From a virus (taxonomy: Duplodnaviria > Caudoviricetes), in IMG/VR virus record IMGVR_UViG_3300028844_006088, positions 1-25,518 of that record: a stretch of 25,518 bases of DNA, one strand, 5' to 3'. Below the pieces are notes generated by a model. It searched no databases and was not told the DNA's origin. It saw only the letters and a program-made list of their open reading frames with translations. Made by a program: the position numbers and the translations under genes. This document shows, piece after piece, positions 7,043 through 15,782 of the stretch; positions within the stretch are counted from its first letter, which is position 1, and each line of letters starts with the position of its first letter.

Positions 7043-8665
7043 ATGAAATCATTTAGTCAATTTTTAACAGAAGCAAGAAAAAACCCAGAAAAGAACGTCA
7101 AAGAATTTCCAGTGAAGTCATTAGAGAAGTATAAAGATGATGATGATGTCTTTATTACTTTTATTGCGAATGCAAAAGATTTCACAGAAACAGGCAAAGA
7201 TGATTATTTGGCGGCTCAAGTTGGTTTGAATACCAAGTCAAAGTACAACACACCAAATGGCATCTATACATATCCAATGGTTGAAGTCTATCAACAATAT
7301 GTTGGAAACTATACAGGGCAACATGATTTTTTTGACAAGCATAAAGGTCTAAAAAGATTCAATGTTCCCTTTGCTGGTGACCAGCCAAAAATTGGCGTGC
7401 TTCGACGTGTTGGTAAAAATCATATTGATGATATTGGTTCTGGTGAATATTCGCATGCAAAACTTGCGGGTGATACTGAAAAAATTGTCAAGTATACAAC
7501 TCAAAAACTCATGAAAATTTTGAATGTAAAGAATGAATATCTAATGTTTTTGATTGTATGTGCCACATGTCAATACGCTTTCACTCGAGCAGCAAAAGAC
7601 ACACCAGGAATGCAATTCTGGAACGCAACTCGATTATGTGCTGCTCTCATTGCATTAGCCCATGAGAAAAAGAAACTTACTGGTGATGTTCGATCATCAA
7701 AGACAACTGCTCAAAGAAGTTTTCGACTTGGTGAAACCATGCCAAAAATGTCAGCCTGGTGGCTTCTTGGAAATCGAAAAGACCTTGAAGAGAATTATGA
7801 TCCAGACAAACCAAGAAAAATTCCACCAAAACTATTAACTAAAGTATATGATACTGTTCAAAAAATGAAAGGCGATAATAAGGCTTTGACCGCGGCAAAT
7901 ATTTTCAATCCATCTGGTGAAAAGAAAGAACAGGGTAAATCAAATCCATATGCGAATGCCTGGGCAGTTTTATTGATTCGAATTGGATATAATTCAATTG
8001 CGGATCGAAGTGGTAAGAGAGTGATTCACTCCGCTGAACCAACTCAAGCAGTTTTCTTGGCAAGAAGAGGATACAAAGTTCTTGAAATTATTGAGAATAA
8101 AACATATGAAGATCGTAAACCAATTCTTCAACAATATAGTGAACTCAAAACGGATGAGAAAAGAGCCGACTTTCTTCAGAGAATGGAAAACAATGGTATT
8201 GTTCAAGGACAAGAAAATGTTCGACTATGGCGTTTTTTTGAAACATTAAAATCAAATAGTATTGTAGTGAATTCGGATGTTCTCGAAATCTTAGTCAAGA
8301 AAGAACCACATACAGCGGCAGAATTTCATCGCACAGGACATTCAGTTCAAGTGATCAATGACCTGATGAAAATTGGTCTCAAAGAAAAAGCCAGTACTCT
8401 AACTGTTTATGTAGCAAGAGGACCTGAGTGTAAAATTAAACCAGAAACAATTGTCTTTGGTCTCAAAGAACTTCTTCGTCAGAAAAAGGATGCGAATCCT
8501 AAAAGTATGGATTCACCACTGCTTGATATTCGTCAGTCACTGAGAATGTATGAAAACAAATGGAACAAACAAACTGAGGATGTGATTCAAGCGTTCCGCA
8601 AGGCCAAAGAAAAAGCTCAGGCGGATGCTACAGAATATCTCAAATCAGAAAAGAAGGCATCATGA
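7043..8665 (+). CDS. Probable virion-internal protein with ADP-ribosyltransferase-like motifs
   Basis: N-terminal MKSFSQFLTEA resembles the T4 capsid-targeting sequence. Motifs NTPNGIYTYP and GYNSIAD...IHSAEPTQAVF. The ORF is certain; the function is inferred. Confidence 0.55.
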   Translation: MKSFSQFLTEARKNPEKNVKEFPVKSLEKYKDDDDVFITFIANAKDFTETGKDDYLAAQVGLNTKSKYNTPNGIYTYPMVEVYQQYVGNYTGQHDFFDKHKGLKRFNVPFAGDQPKIGVLRRVGKNHIDDIGSGEYSHAKLAGDTEKIVKYTTQKLMKILNVKNEYLMFLIVCATCQYAFTRAAKDTPGMQFWNATRLCAALIALAHEKKKLTGDVRSSKTTAQRSFRLGETMPKMSAWWLLGNRKDLEENYDPDKPRKIPPKLLTKVYDTVQKMKGDNKALTAANIFNPSGEKKEQGKSNPYANAWAVLLIRIGYNSIADRSGKRVIHSAEPTQAVFLARRGYKVLEIIENKTYEDRKPILQQYSELKTDEKRADFLQRMENNGIVQGQENVRLWRFFETLKSNSIVVNSDVLEILVKKEPHTAAEFHRTGHSVQVINDLMKIGLKEKASTLTVYVARGPECKIKPETIVFGLKELLRQKKDANPKSMDSPLLDIRQSLRMYENKWNKQTEDVIQAFRKAKEKAQADATEYLKSEKKAS

Positions 8666-8892
8666 AAACTTTCTCAGACTTTTATTCTGATATTCAGAAT
8701 ATGAAAACACCTGCTGGTGAAGCTTCTGAGCCTTCAGAGGGGCAAATTGAAGAGAAGTGGTCGGACAAGAGAAAACGAACGATAGATTGTGACCGCCCTC
8801 GTGGCTTCAGCGAACGTGCCTCATGCCAAGGTAGAGAAAAGCGAAAACGAGAACGTGAACAACGAAGACGAAGATTTGCGAGGTTATATTGA
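8662..8892 (+). CDS. Small protein with acidic leader and basic Cys-containing C-terminus, probable internal head protein
   Basis: MKTFSDF start, EEKWS..RKRTIDCDRPRGFSERASCQGR motif, ATGA overlap with the upstream gene. Confidence 0.65.
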   Translation: MKTFSDFYSDIQNMKTPAGEASEPSEGQIEEKWSDKRKRTIDCDRPRGFSERASCQGREKRKREREQRRRRFARLY

Positions 8893-9596
8893 CACCATAC
8901 ACTTATATTATTGAATGTAAACCAATTAGTAAAAAATATTATGGAGTAAGATATGCGAAAGGCTGTAAACCAGATGACCTTTGGAAAACATATTTTACCT
9001 CATCAAAAATTGTTCGAAACTTAATTGAAACATATGGCAAAGAATCTTTTGAGATTCAGATCGATAAAGAATTTGAGACAGTCGAAGAAGCGATTGACTA
9101 CGAACATCAATTTATAATTACTAACAATCTTTCTAGCAATCCTAATTGGCTAAACGTACATCGCAGAAAAGCTATCGATTTCAATGATCCTGTTATTAGT
9201 GAAAAGTTATCAATAGCACGAAAAGGACGAGTAACTTCAGAAGAAACAAAAAAGAAGCTAAGTGCGATAGGTAAGGGTAAGAAATTATCAGAAGAAACAA
9301 AAAGAAAGATTAGTGAGAGTAGTAAAGGTAAAACAATATCTCAAGAATCTATCGATAAAGCTAGAGAATCAAAAAAGAAGAGTGGTAAAAATCAAGGTGA
9401 AAGTCACTGGACTTATGGCAAGCAGAGAGATGAAGAGACAAGAAGAAAGATTAGTGAGGCGCTAAAGGGGAAGTCTTACAATGTTGGGTATAAACACGAA
9501 AAGAGAGTGTGCCCTCATTGTAATTTAGAGGGCGCTGGAGGAAACATGACAAGGTTTCATTTTGATAATTGTAAAAAACGTCAGTCTGGTAAGTAG
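8889..9596 (+). mobile_element. Free-standing GIY-YIG (Seg-like) homing endonuclease with NUMOD3-type repeats
   Basis: YTYIIECKPISKKYYGVR, repeated SEETK(K/R)K(L/I)S...KGK, C-terminal CPHC...HFDNC. The TTG start overlaps the upstream TGA. Confidence 0.85.
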
Positions 9597-10018
9597 TTCC
9601 AATTGGGATAGACTTTCTGAACAACTTTCTTTTTCAGTCCAGGATAACTTTTCAGGTTCTTATCTTTGATTTCATTGATCAATTGTGCTTCATGAGGTGA
9701 AAGATTCTCAAGCATATCAATCCACACTTGTTCTTTTTTCATTTCATTCAAATGACTTGCGTTGTGATTGACAAACATTTCAATGGTCCGGCGATTCGCA
9801 TACAACAAAGTCGAATTATATAAATCAGCTTCCCCTGGACTTTCATAAGGAGGATCACCTTCTGGCAAATTGATTTTATGATCTGCTGAAAAAGTGAGCA
9901 GTAATAAAAAATCAATCATTTCATTACGATTTTCTTTTAAATGTTTTACTTTTTCTAAATGTGTTTTCTTTTCTGAAATTTCCTGAAACACTAAAGGAAT
10001 TGATCTTACATTTTGCAT
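9581..10018 (-). CDS. Conserved T4-like hypothetical protein (possibly DUF6433)
   Basis: LPEGDPPY and E..WIDMLENL...EA.L...IKDK.L..YPGL motifs; family name is recalled, not verified. Confidence 0.7.
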   Translation of the reverse strand: MQNVRSIPLVFQEISEKKTHLEKVKHLKENRNEMIDFLLLLTFSADHKINLPEGDPPYESPGEADLYNSTLLYANRRTIEMFVNHNASHLNEMKKEQVWIDMLENLSPHEAQLINEIKDKNLKSYPGLKKKVVQKVYPNWNYLPD

Positions 10019-10024
10019 ATTTAC

Positions 10025-11098
10025 CTATAAATCTATAAATGCTTGAAACACGCAAAACTTATCTGTTGAGCGATATTCATTGTTTTTGAGTTCGATTTCT
10101 TCTTTTCTTCGAACAATCACATGTTTTGATAATTTTTTTGCCATTAGCTCATGCTTTGATTTTGCCAAATAACGAATGGCACTTTCAAGATTCTTACCAT
10201 AAACTACAATCTTTTCAGCACGATCTATATTTGTCAAAAAGGCTGAACGAGTTTCAATTCCTGATTTTGATTCAAGTCGAATCAATGAACGCTTGTCTTG
10301 AGAAGCGAGATAGACAACTCTCTTACCAATCAAATATTTCATATCAATCTGAGGAAATTCAAAAACAGATGTTGAGAACTTTAGTTTACGAATCAATTCT
10401 TCAACGGGCTTCAACCGAACAGCACGTTTCTTTTTCTTTTGTTCAGTGACAACACTCTTCACTGAAAGAAGTTCTTCCTTGACTTGTTTAAGATTTTTGA
10501 AAATTAGATTTTGCTGACGCCTTGTCAGAAAAGAATATGCTTCTTTGACCTCTTCATCACTTTGAATATGCCTCAAATCATTCAAATGATCTTTCTCGAG
10601 CATCTCAGCGATTTCAGTTGATTGAGATTTATTTAGTTCGTAGATTGTCAGAATTGATTGTGCTGTGATTTCTTTCTTACCTTTCGAATCAAACAATTCT
10701 TCGATTTGATTTTCAAGGTAAGCATAGGCATCATAGGTTCGTTTCCCATTCCTTTGTTCAGTCGAAACACGAACTACAATTTCAGTCTTTTTTGTAGGAC
10801 GAACTTCTTTTTGTAATTTTTCAATAAAGGAATCAAGGCGTCGAACTAATTCTTCAGGTAGAGTGTTACCATTTGAAATCAATCTTGCACACCAGCAGTA
10901 GGAGAAAGGAAGATAGCTTTGACTATTGATGTTTTTTCTTTGACTTTCGGTTCTCGCATAGTTAATCAAGAATTGTTTTGCATCTTTATCAGTAAAATTT
11001 TGCCGATACCAGTTATACTTATGAAGAACATCAAATTCACTGAGAACAAGTGATTCGGGTTCACGAATACTCATCTCTTGTTTTCTTCTTCGTTTCAT
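10025..11098 (-). CDS. Conserved T4-like hypothetical protein
   Basis: 357 aa ORF with YNWY and LKEAYSFL-like motifs; GGAG upstream. Confidence 0.7.
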   Translation of the reverse strand: MKRRRKQEMSIREPESLVLSEFDVLHKYNWYRQNFTDKDAKQFLINYARTESQRKNINSQSYLPFSYCWCARLISNGNTLPEELVRRLDSFIEKLQKEVRPTKKTEIVVRVSTEQRNGKRTYDAYAYLENQIEELFDSKGKKEITAQSILTIYELNKSQSTEIAEMLEKDHLNDLRHIQSDEEVKEAYSFLTRRQQNLIFKNLKQVKEELLSVKSVVTEQKKKKRAVRLKPVEELIRKLKFSTSVFEFPQIDMKYLIGKRVVYLASQDKRSLIRLESKSGIETRSAFLTNIDRAEKIVVYGKNLESAIRYLAKSKHELMAKKLSKHVIVRRKEEIELKNNEYRSTDKFCVFQAFIDL

Positions 11099-11116
11099 CT
11101 CAAAACTCCAATAATG

Positions 11117-11332
11117 TTAAGCAATGGCAGTGAGTGATTCTTTCCAATTAGATGTTGAACAATTTTTAGCAAGAAGCATAAAGTTGTCTCTTGTTTCAAA
11201 AATACCTTCACCCACAATTTCATCAACTAAAAAAGGTTGTGTTTCAAACACGCAAAAATCACCATTTTCATCAATCGCATGATATTTTGCCCAGTCAGGC
11301 ATTTCAAATAGTAGGTCCACTTTGTTTTTCAT
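11117..11332 (-). CDS. Small phage hypothetical protein
   Basis: PDWAKYHAIDENG...P...NWKESL pattern common in phage proteins; GGAG upstream. Confidence 0.75.
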   Translation of the reverse strand: MKNKVDLLFEMPDWAKYHAIDENGDFCVFETQPFLVDEIVGEGIFETRDNFMLLAKNCSTSNWKESLTAIA

Positions 11333-11624
11333 TTTGAATCTCCATAGTATTAAAAATTTCAGTCAACGTATTTTTTTGACCATCAGCAAACATTAACTTT
11401 ACATCGATTTTTTCACTCAATTCTTCATTCATTGCATTGAACATGTGAGTTACTCCTTCTTTTGTTGTATAAGATTGAGTAAATCCCCAAACATCTGGTT
11501 CAGAAGCATCACGATTTTTCCATTTAGCAAATAAAATATAAAGCCCTGAAGTTGATCCTGTACCTGTCGCAGAACCCAAAACAGGCACATTTTCAACCAT
11601 TTTTTTCAATTCATTATAATTCAT
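11304..11624 (-). CDS. Hypothetical protein
   Basis: ATG with AGGA upstream; tiles with its neighbours. Confidence 0.7.
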   Translation of the reverse strand: MNYNELKKMVENVPVLGSATGTGSTSGLYILFAKWKNRDASEPDVWGFTQSYTTKEGVTHMFNAMNEELSEKIDVKLMFADGQKNTLTEIFNTMEIQNEKQSGPTI

Positions 11625-11631
11625 AAAAATC

Positions 11632-12372
11632 CTAATATTTTTGTTGATCGTATGGATGAATTCTCAATTCTTTAATTGGGAATCCATAAAAAACTCTTGG
11701 ATTTGGATTTACATGATTTGCCTTAAAAATCAATAGAAAATGTTTTTGAGCAAATCTTCTTATCCAAGTTTTGTCAGCCATCTGTTCCTTTGAAGAAATT
11801 AATTGATCCGCATATGAATCAAATATTTCCACCTTTGCTCTTTCAGCCGCTTGCTTTGTAGCATCAGCATTATCAATCTTAAATGTCGGAGGATGCCCAT
11901 CAAACGTCGATGCTGAACTTAAAATATCAAATGTCTTTTTATCTGCTCGAAAAGCTAATTTATCTAATTGAGGATCATATACAAGTTGGTCATTCAAAAA
12001 AATATAAGAATTAATTACTTGTTTATTTCCAGAACTATCAAAACGATATTCTTGCCATCGAACATCAGGTGCTTGTATATCATTTACTTGACAAAAATAA
12101 GGATCAGTAGCAAGGGCACCTGTTTCACGAAAGTCTCTTCTTGAAAAAAGAATATCATAATTATCTACATAGAATTTTTTCTCAACAGCAGAGTAACTTT
12201 TTTCAACATATTTATCCAAACCATCACCAGAAACATGACCTAACTTAAAAGAAATTTTATAGATAAATTGTGTTCTTTCATCAAAAAGATACATCTTTGT
12301 ACCATCTTTGACCACATAACTATTTTGTTCTCTCGCAAATTCGGTTGGAAAGGTAAGTCTTGTTTTTGACAT
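11632..12372 (-). CDS. Hypothetical protein
   Basis: 246 aa ORF with no recognised motif. Confidence 0.75.
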   Translation of the reverse strand: MSKTRLTFPTEFAREQNSYVVKDGTKMYLFDERTQFIYKISFKLGHVSGDGLDKYVEKSYSAVEKKFYVDNYDILFSRRDFRETGALATDPYFCQVNDIQAPDVRWQEYRFDSSGNKQVINSYIFLNDQLVYDPQLDKLAFRADKKTFDILSSASTFDGHPPTFKIDNADATKQAAERAKVEIFDSYADQLISSKEQMADKTWIRRFAQKHFLLIFKANHVNPNPRVFYGFPIKELRIHPYDQQKY

Positions 12373-12389
12373 CTCTATCTCTTTTTATA

Positions 12390-12890
12390 TTAAAATGAAG
12401 TTTGTTGGTTCGGCCTTTTAAATAGCGACAATGTTTGAGCATTCATTGCCGAACATTTGTTCAAATAATCTGTAAACAAAGGAACATCTTTTGCTGTGGC
12501 TCTTGTAAACTCATACTGAAATTCGGCTTGGTCGTTGTTTTCACGATAGCTATCCATGACACATGAACAAACAAAGCCGGATGATGCTTGAGCAATTTGT
12601 GGTTGAACATTCTCATATTGAAATCTTTGCATCATAATTGTACCACAGAAGTTCATAAATTGACCAATCATTGCAGTAGGATACTTAACTTTTGGATAAT
12701 CATCTGGAAGAATTTTTAGCCATTCAAAAGGATTTTTTCCTTTAAATCGGTTTGAATTAGGAACTTGTTTTTGCTCTTGCTTAGGTGTTGGTGTGTAATC
12801 ATAATCAAAATCTGGTCCCTTGTGGGTATCCGCATAAGTCAATGAAACTGTCATCAGAATACAAGAAATAGCGATAATAAACTTTTTCAT
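12390..12890 (-). CDS. Exported Cys-containing hypothetical protein
   Basis: Likely start MKKFIIAISCILMTVSLTYA (signal peptide) after AAGGA; C...CSC...C pattern in the mature part. Confidence 0.7.
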   Translation of the reverse strand: MKKFIIAISCILMTVSLTYADTHKGPDFDYDYTPTPKQEQKQVPNSNRFKGKNPFEWLKILPDDYPKVKYPTAMIGQFMNFCGTIMMQRFQYENVQPQIAQASSGFVCSCVMDSYRENNDQAEFQYEFTRATAKDVPLFTDYLNKCSAMNAQTLSLFKRPNQQTSF

Positions 12891-12910
12891 AAAGATTGTC
12901 CTTTGTTTAT

Positions 12911-12926
12911 GCACTCTGCGGAGTGC
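12911..12926 (-). other. Intergenic hairpin downstream of the helicase
   Basis: GCACTC-CGCA-GAGTGC with no U-tract on the minus strand. Confidence 0.4.
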
Positions 12927-12964
12927 CGATTGTTAATTGTATTTATTCAACTTTTTAAAAAAAG

Positions 12965-14506
12965 TTAAGCTGCAACTGACATTTCGGTATTGGCAGTTTC
13001 TTCATCTACACTTGGGAACAATCGTGAACATGGTCCGAGTTCCAAGACTCTTTTTGCTCGAGTTACAGCAACGTAAAACAGGTTTTTCTCCATCAATGGA
13101 GCCTCGGAAAAAGAGATAGGTATACGAACTTTTCTTCCTGATTCATCCATATCTGAACGATAGAAAACATTCTCAGCATCGTCAGCTATAGTCACATGGT
13201 TCCATTCTTTACCTTTAGACTTGTGCATTGTTGTGATCATGGTAGCATTGGCAGGAATGTTTTTCTGAGCATCTTTGATACGCTTGAGATTATCAAGAGC
13301 CATTTCAAATCCACCAATCTTATCAATCACTCGCAAGGCAGTTTTCCATTCATTATTTAGCAAATCCTCTTCTAGTTCTTTGTGAAACTGCTCAATGTTT
13401 CTCAGACCTTTCAGGTCAGGGTGTGAAACATTGTAGGTATCACCAGCATTGAGGGATACAAGGTTCTCAATCATCTTGAATCCTTCATTGTCAACGCCAC
13501 CCTCAAGAGCAAAGGTCTTTTCATCTTCAAGCATTTGAAATGCCTCAGTCAGACAACCCATGTTGGTGCGGCAGAGAACAGCAGAGGTGTCTTCTTCTTC
13601 AACACCTTCAAAGCCTTTCATTCGTAGGTCAGTCATATGCTCAAGCAACAGATTTGCCTTGTCAGCAATCTCTGGCAAAAAGCGGAAAGATTGTGTCAAG
13701 GTGTAGGTAGCTTCTGCTGGCATATCTTTCAAGAAGTCCTGTGCGCCACGAAATTGATAGATGGCTTGATTCGAATCACCCACAGCAATCAATCGTGCTT
13801 GAATGTGTGAAGCAATGTCAGAGAACACAGGATTGATATCTTGTGCCTCATCAAGCAACACAACGTCTTCAGCAATCTGAATATCATTGTAGTGAAGTTG
13901 AACGAGCTTAACATACATGTCATGTAACATCAAATCACTTGAAAAGCCAAACGAAGAAAATAGAGTTTTAGCGATCTCAAGTGCACGTTTCTTCTTCTTG
14001 TCAACTGCCTGAAGGATCTTTTCTGCTGGCATGTTGGTGAATCTCAGCAATTGAGAATGAAAGCGATCTTCAACTGATTTAGGAACGTGACGGAGTGTCA
14101 TTTCACTGTCATCGGAAATCATGAATTGGCGCATGATTTGAAATGCGGGATTTGCCAAGAACTTGTCATCACCGCTCAATCGCAAACGGTCAATTGTGTC
14201 TTTGACAGACATGTAGCCTTTGATGTTGCGGCTGTTACAGCCAGCACCTCGGGCCAATTCAAGGCAGAAGCCATTTTGAGTTTTAACTTTGATGTTGTCA
14301 AGACCACGACTTTTGGCCTTCTGCTGAACTTCTTCTTTAATTGCGGTGTTGAAGGCGAGGTAGAGGAAAGAAGTCTCAGGATGCTGCTTCACAAGCTCAA
14401 GCAGAGTGCTTGTCTTGCCAGTGCCGGCGAGTGCGAGGACTTTGATGTTGTTGCGAATTGCTTCGAAAGCGTCGAGGATAGCTTGTTGTTCTGAAGTAGG
14501 ATTCAT
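12965..14506 (-). CDS. UvrD-like superfamily 1 helicase
   Basis: ALAGTGKTST, LAFN, LDEAQD, VGDSNQAIYQFRGA, LTQSFRF, TMHKSKGKEW and YVAVTRAK. Confidence 0.92.
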   Translation of the reverse strand: MNPTSEQQAILDAFEAIRNNIKVLALAGTGKTSTLLELVKQHPETSFLYLAFNTAIKEEVQQKAKSRGLDNIKVKTQNGFCLELARGAGCNSRNIKGYMSVKDTIDRLRLSGDDKFLANPAFQIMRQFMISDDSEMTLRHVPKSVEDRFHSQLLRFTNMPAEKILQAVDKKKKRALEIAKTLFSSFGFSSDLMLHDMYVKLVQLHYNDIQIAEDVVLLDEAQDINPVFSDIASHIQARLIAVGDSNQAIYQFRGAQDFLKDMPAEATYTLTQSFRFLPEIADKANLLLEHMTDLRMKGFEGVEEEDTSAVLCRTNMGCLTEAFQMLEDEKTFALEGGVDNEGFKMIENLVSLNAGDTYNVSHPDLKGLRNIEQFHKELEEDLLNNEWKTALRVIDKIGGFEMALDNLKRIKDAQKNIPANATMITTMHKSKGKEWNHVTIADDAENVFYRSDMDESGRKVRIPISFSEAPLMEKNLFYVAVTRAKRVLELGPCSRLFPSVDEETANTEMSVAA

Positions 14507-14562
14507 ATCATCTCCATGATTTAAGTGTCAAGCATTCAGAGCGAAACGATTTTGCTCAATCA

Positions 14563-14601
14563 ATGATCAGATCATATCAGATCGAATTCAAAAGTCAAGA
14601 A
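14563..14601 (-). promoter_or_regulatory. Sigma70-type early promoter, copy 1 (upstream of helicase)
   Basis: TTGACT-16nt-TATGAT with TG extension and an AT tract upstream; motif repeated at 15783-15821. Confidence 0.75.
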
Positions 14602-14606
14602 CTTTT

Positions 14607-14756
14607 TTAAAAAAATTCGATTGCGGTCACCAAGACAATCCAAGCGAGATAGGGATAGAAAATCTTGGCGACCAGCGGTTGTTCTTTGTACTTCTCAATA
14701 AATGTCATCATTTTACCTTTTTCAGTTCGAATAGGATATCCGTTTGAATCTCTCAT
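14607..14756 (-). CDS. 49 aa membrane protein (not in ORF track)
   Basis: MRDSNGYPIRTEKGKMMTFIEKYKEQPLVAKIFYPYLAWIVLVTAIEFF; TGATG overlap with the upstream stop; alternative start near 14711. Confidence 0.6.
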   Translation of the reverse strand: MRDSNGYPIRTEKGKMMTFIEKYKEQPLVAKIFYPYLAWIVLVTAIEFF

Positions 14757-15112
14757 CAGCCGAACATCGGACGAGATTGACGGTCCATGCCAATGCCATA
14801 GATATCAGAAGACCTGCGACCCGCACTGATTCTGCGGTCTGTGCCACCGTCTCTGGGCTTTTCTCTGCGAGGGAATCTTCGTCGAGTGATACCACTGACT
14901 TCTGGATCAGTCCTGCGCTCAAGACCATATTTGGCTCTTTGCATGTTAAAAGGATATAGAATTTTTAGAAGTTGAATGCGAAGATTGCCCAGAGCCTCTT
15001 GCAATTCAGCATTTTCTTCTGGGCATCTCTTGATTTCTTGAACGATTGTATTTTCACATCGCTCAATCGATTGAACTGCTTCCATGAGTTGTTTTCTCGG
15101 ATCTGCCGACAT
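14756..15112 (-). CDS. Hypothetical protein, helical N-terminus plus Arg-rich ERR/DRR/GRR tail
   Basis: GGAGGAG ribosome binding site; ERRTD...RRRFPRR...DRRISAGRRSSD. Confidence 0.7.
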   Translation of the reverse strand: MSADPRKQLMEAVQSIERCENTIVQEIKRCPEENAELQEALGNLRIQLLKILYPFNMQRAKYGLERRTDPEVSGITRRRFPRREKPRDGGTDRRISAGRRSSDIYGIGMDRQSRPMFG

Positions 15113-15128
15113 GCTCCTCCTATATTGA

Positions 15129-15158
15129 TTTCAAATATTTGAGTAGTTTCAAATATTT
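15129..15158. repeat. 12 bp direct repeat TTTCAAATATTT x2
   Basis: Copies at 15129-15140 and 15147-15158; TCAAATATTTGA (15131-15142) is a perfect palindrome. Confidence 0.6.
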
Positions 15159-15159
15159 A

Positions 15160-15498
15160 TCAATTATAGATAATCACAGAAGGCAGTTGAGAAATTCGTT
15201 CTTGTAGTTCTAATACCTGGTCTTCAGTCAACCAACCAACTACAGTGTCATGTTCGCCGGTGATTTCATCAACAGAAACAAACTCATAGTTATCTTCTGA
15301 AACGTCATCTGAAGCAATACGAAGTAAACCTAACTCAAATAGTCCTTGGTCGCCTCCGTAAGAATGGCTGTGACAAATGACAGAAGTGGCGTAGCCATTG
15401 TTAAAGTATTTTTGATATTGTGCTCCTGAGCCATCATCAAATTTATGAGTGCTAGGAATTTCTAACTTTTGACCGAAGGGATGCTCACTCATTTTCAT
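15160..15498 (-). CDS. Conserved phage hypothetical protein
   Basis: FNNGYATSV...SYGGDQGLFELG...VVGWLT pattern frequent in phage early regions. Confidence 0.75.
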   Translation of the reverse strand: MKMSEHPFGQKLEIPSTHKFDDGSGAQYQKYFNNGYATSVICHSHSYGGDQGLFELGLLRIASDDVSEDNYEFVSVDEITGEHDTVVGWLTEDQVLELQERISQLPSVIIYN

Positions 15499-15607
15499 TC
15501 TCCTCTGGAACTGAAAAGAAAAATCTCAGAAAAACTTCAATAAAAATAACCATAATAATAATCGGCAAAAATGCGATTATAAACATCCATGTTTCAAAAT
15601 CAAGCAT
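15485..15607 (-). CDS. 40 aa single-pass membrane protein (not in ORF track)
   Basis: MLDFETWMFIIAFLPIIIMVIFIEVFLRFFFSVPEENENE; fills the gap between two genes. Confidence 0.55.
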   Translation of the reverse strand: MLDFETWMFIIAFLPIIIMVIFIEVFLRFFFSVPEENENE

Positions 15608-15610
15608 AGG

Positions 15611-15757
15611 TCAGCTTCGGAAAATTGCCAAAACTTCGGCAGTTGAGGTTGTGTTGTCAGGTTCACAATTGACACATTGATCCGTGCGATATGTTTCACT
15701 GTCAGGGAACAAACCGCACGAAGCAACAAATAGACTCAAAGCAATCAAAATTCTCAT
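15611..15757 (-). CDS. 48 aa lipoprotein (not in ORF track)
   Basis: MRILIALSLFVASC GLFPDSETYRTDQCVNCEP...; canonical lipobox VASC, AAGGA upstream, first gene after the promoter. Confidence 0.7.
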   Translation of the reverse strand: MRILIALSLFVASCGLFPDSETYRTDQCVNCEPDNTTSTAEVLAIFRS

Positions 15758-15782
15758 AATTATCCTTGGGTTGGTGTTCATC

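Noticed and set aside
8889-9596. Group I intron around the GIY-YIG gene
   Set aside because: The flanking genes are intact and overlap it, leaving no room for an intron core.
14715-14760. CTGATGAG...GAA on the minus strand, resembling a hammerhead ribozyme core
   Set aside because: No convincing stems I-III; explained by a TGATG stop/start overlap.
15611-15757. Small lipoprotein as the o-spanin of the adjacent endolysin
   Set aside because: It is separated from the endolysin by its own early promoter and is not nested in or next to an i-spanin; not fully excluded.
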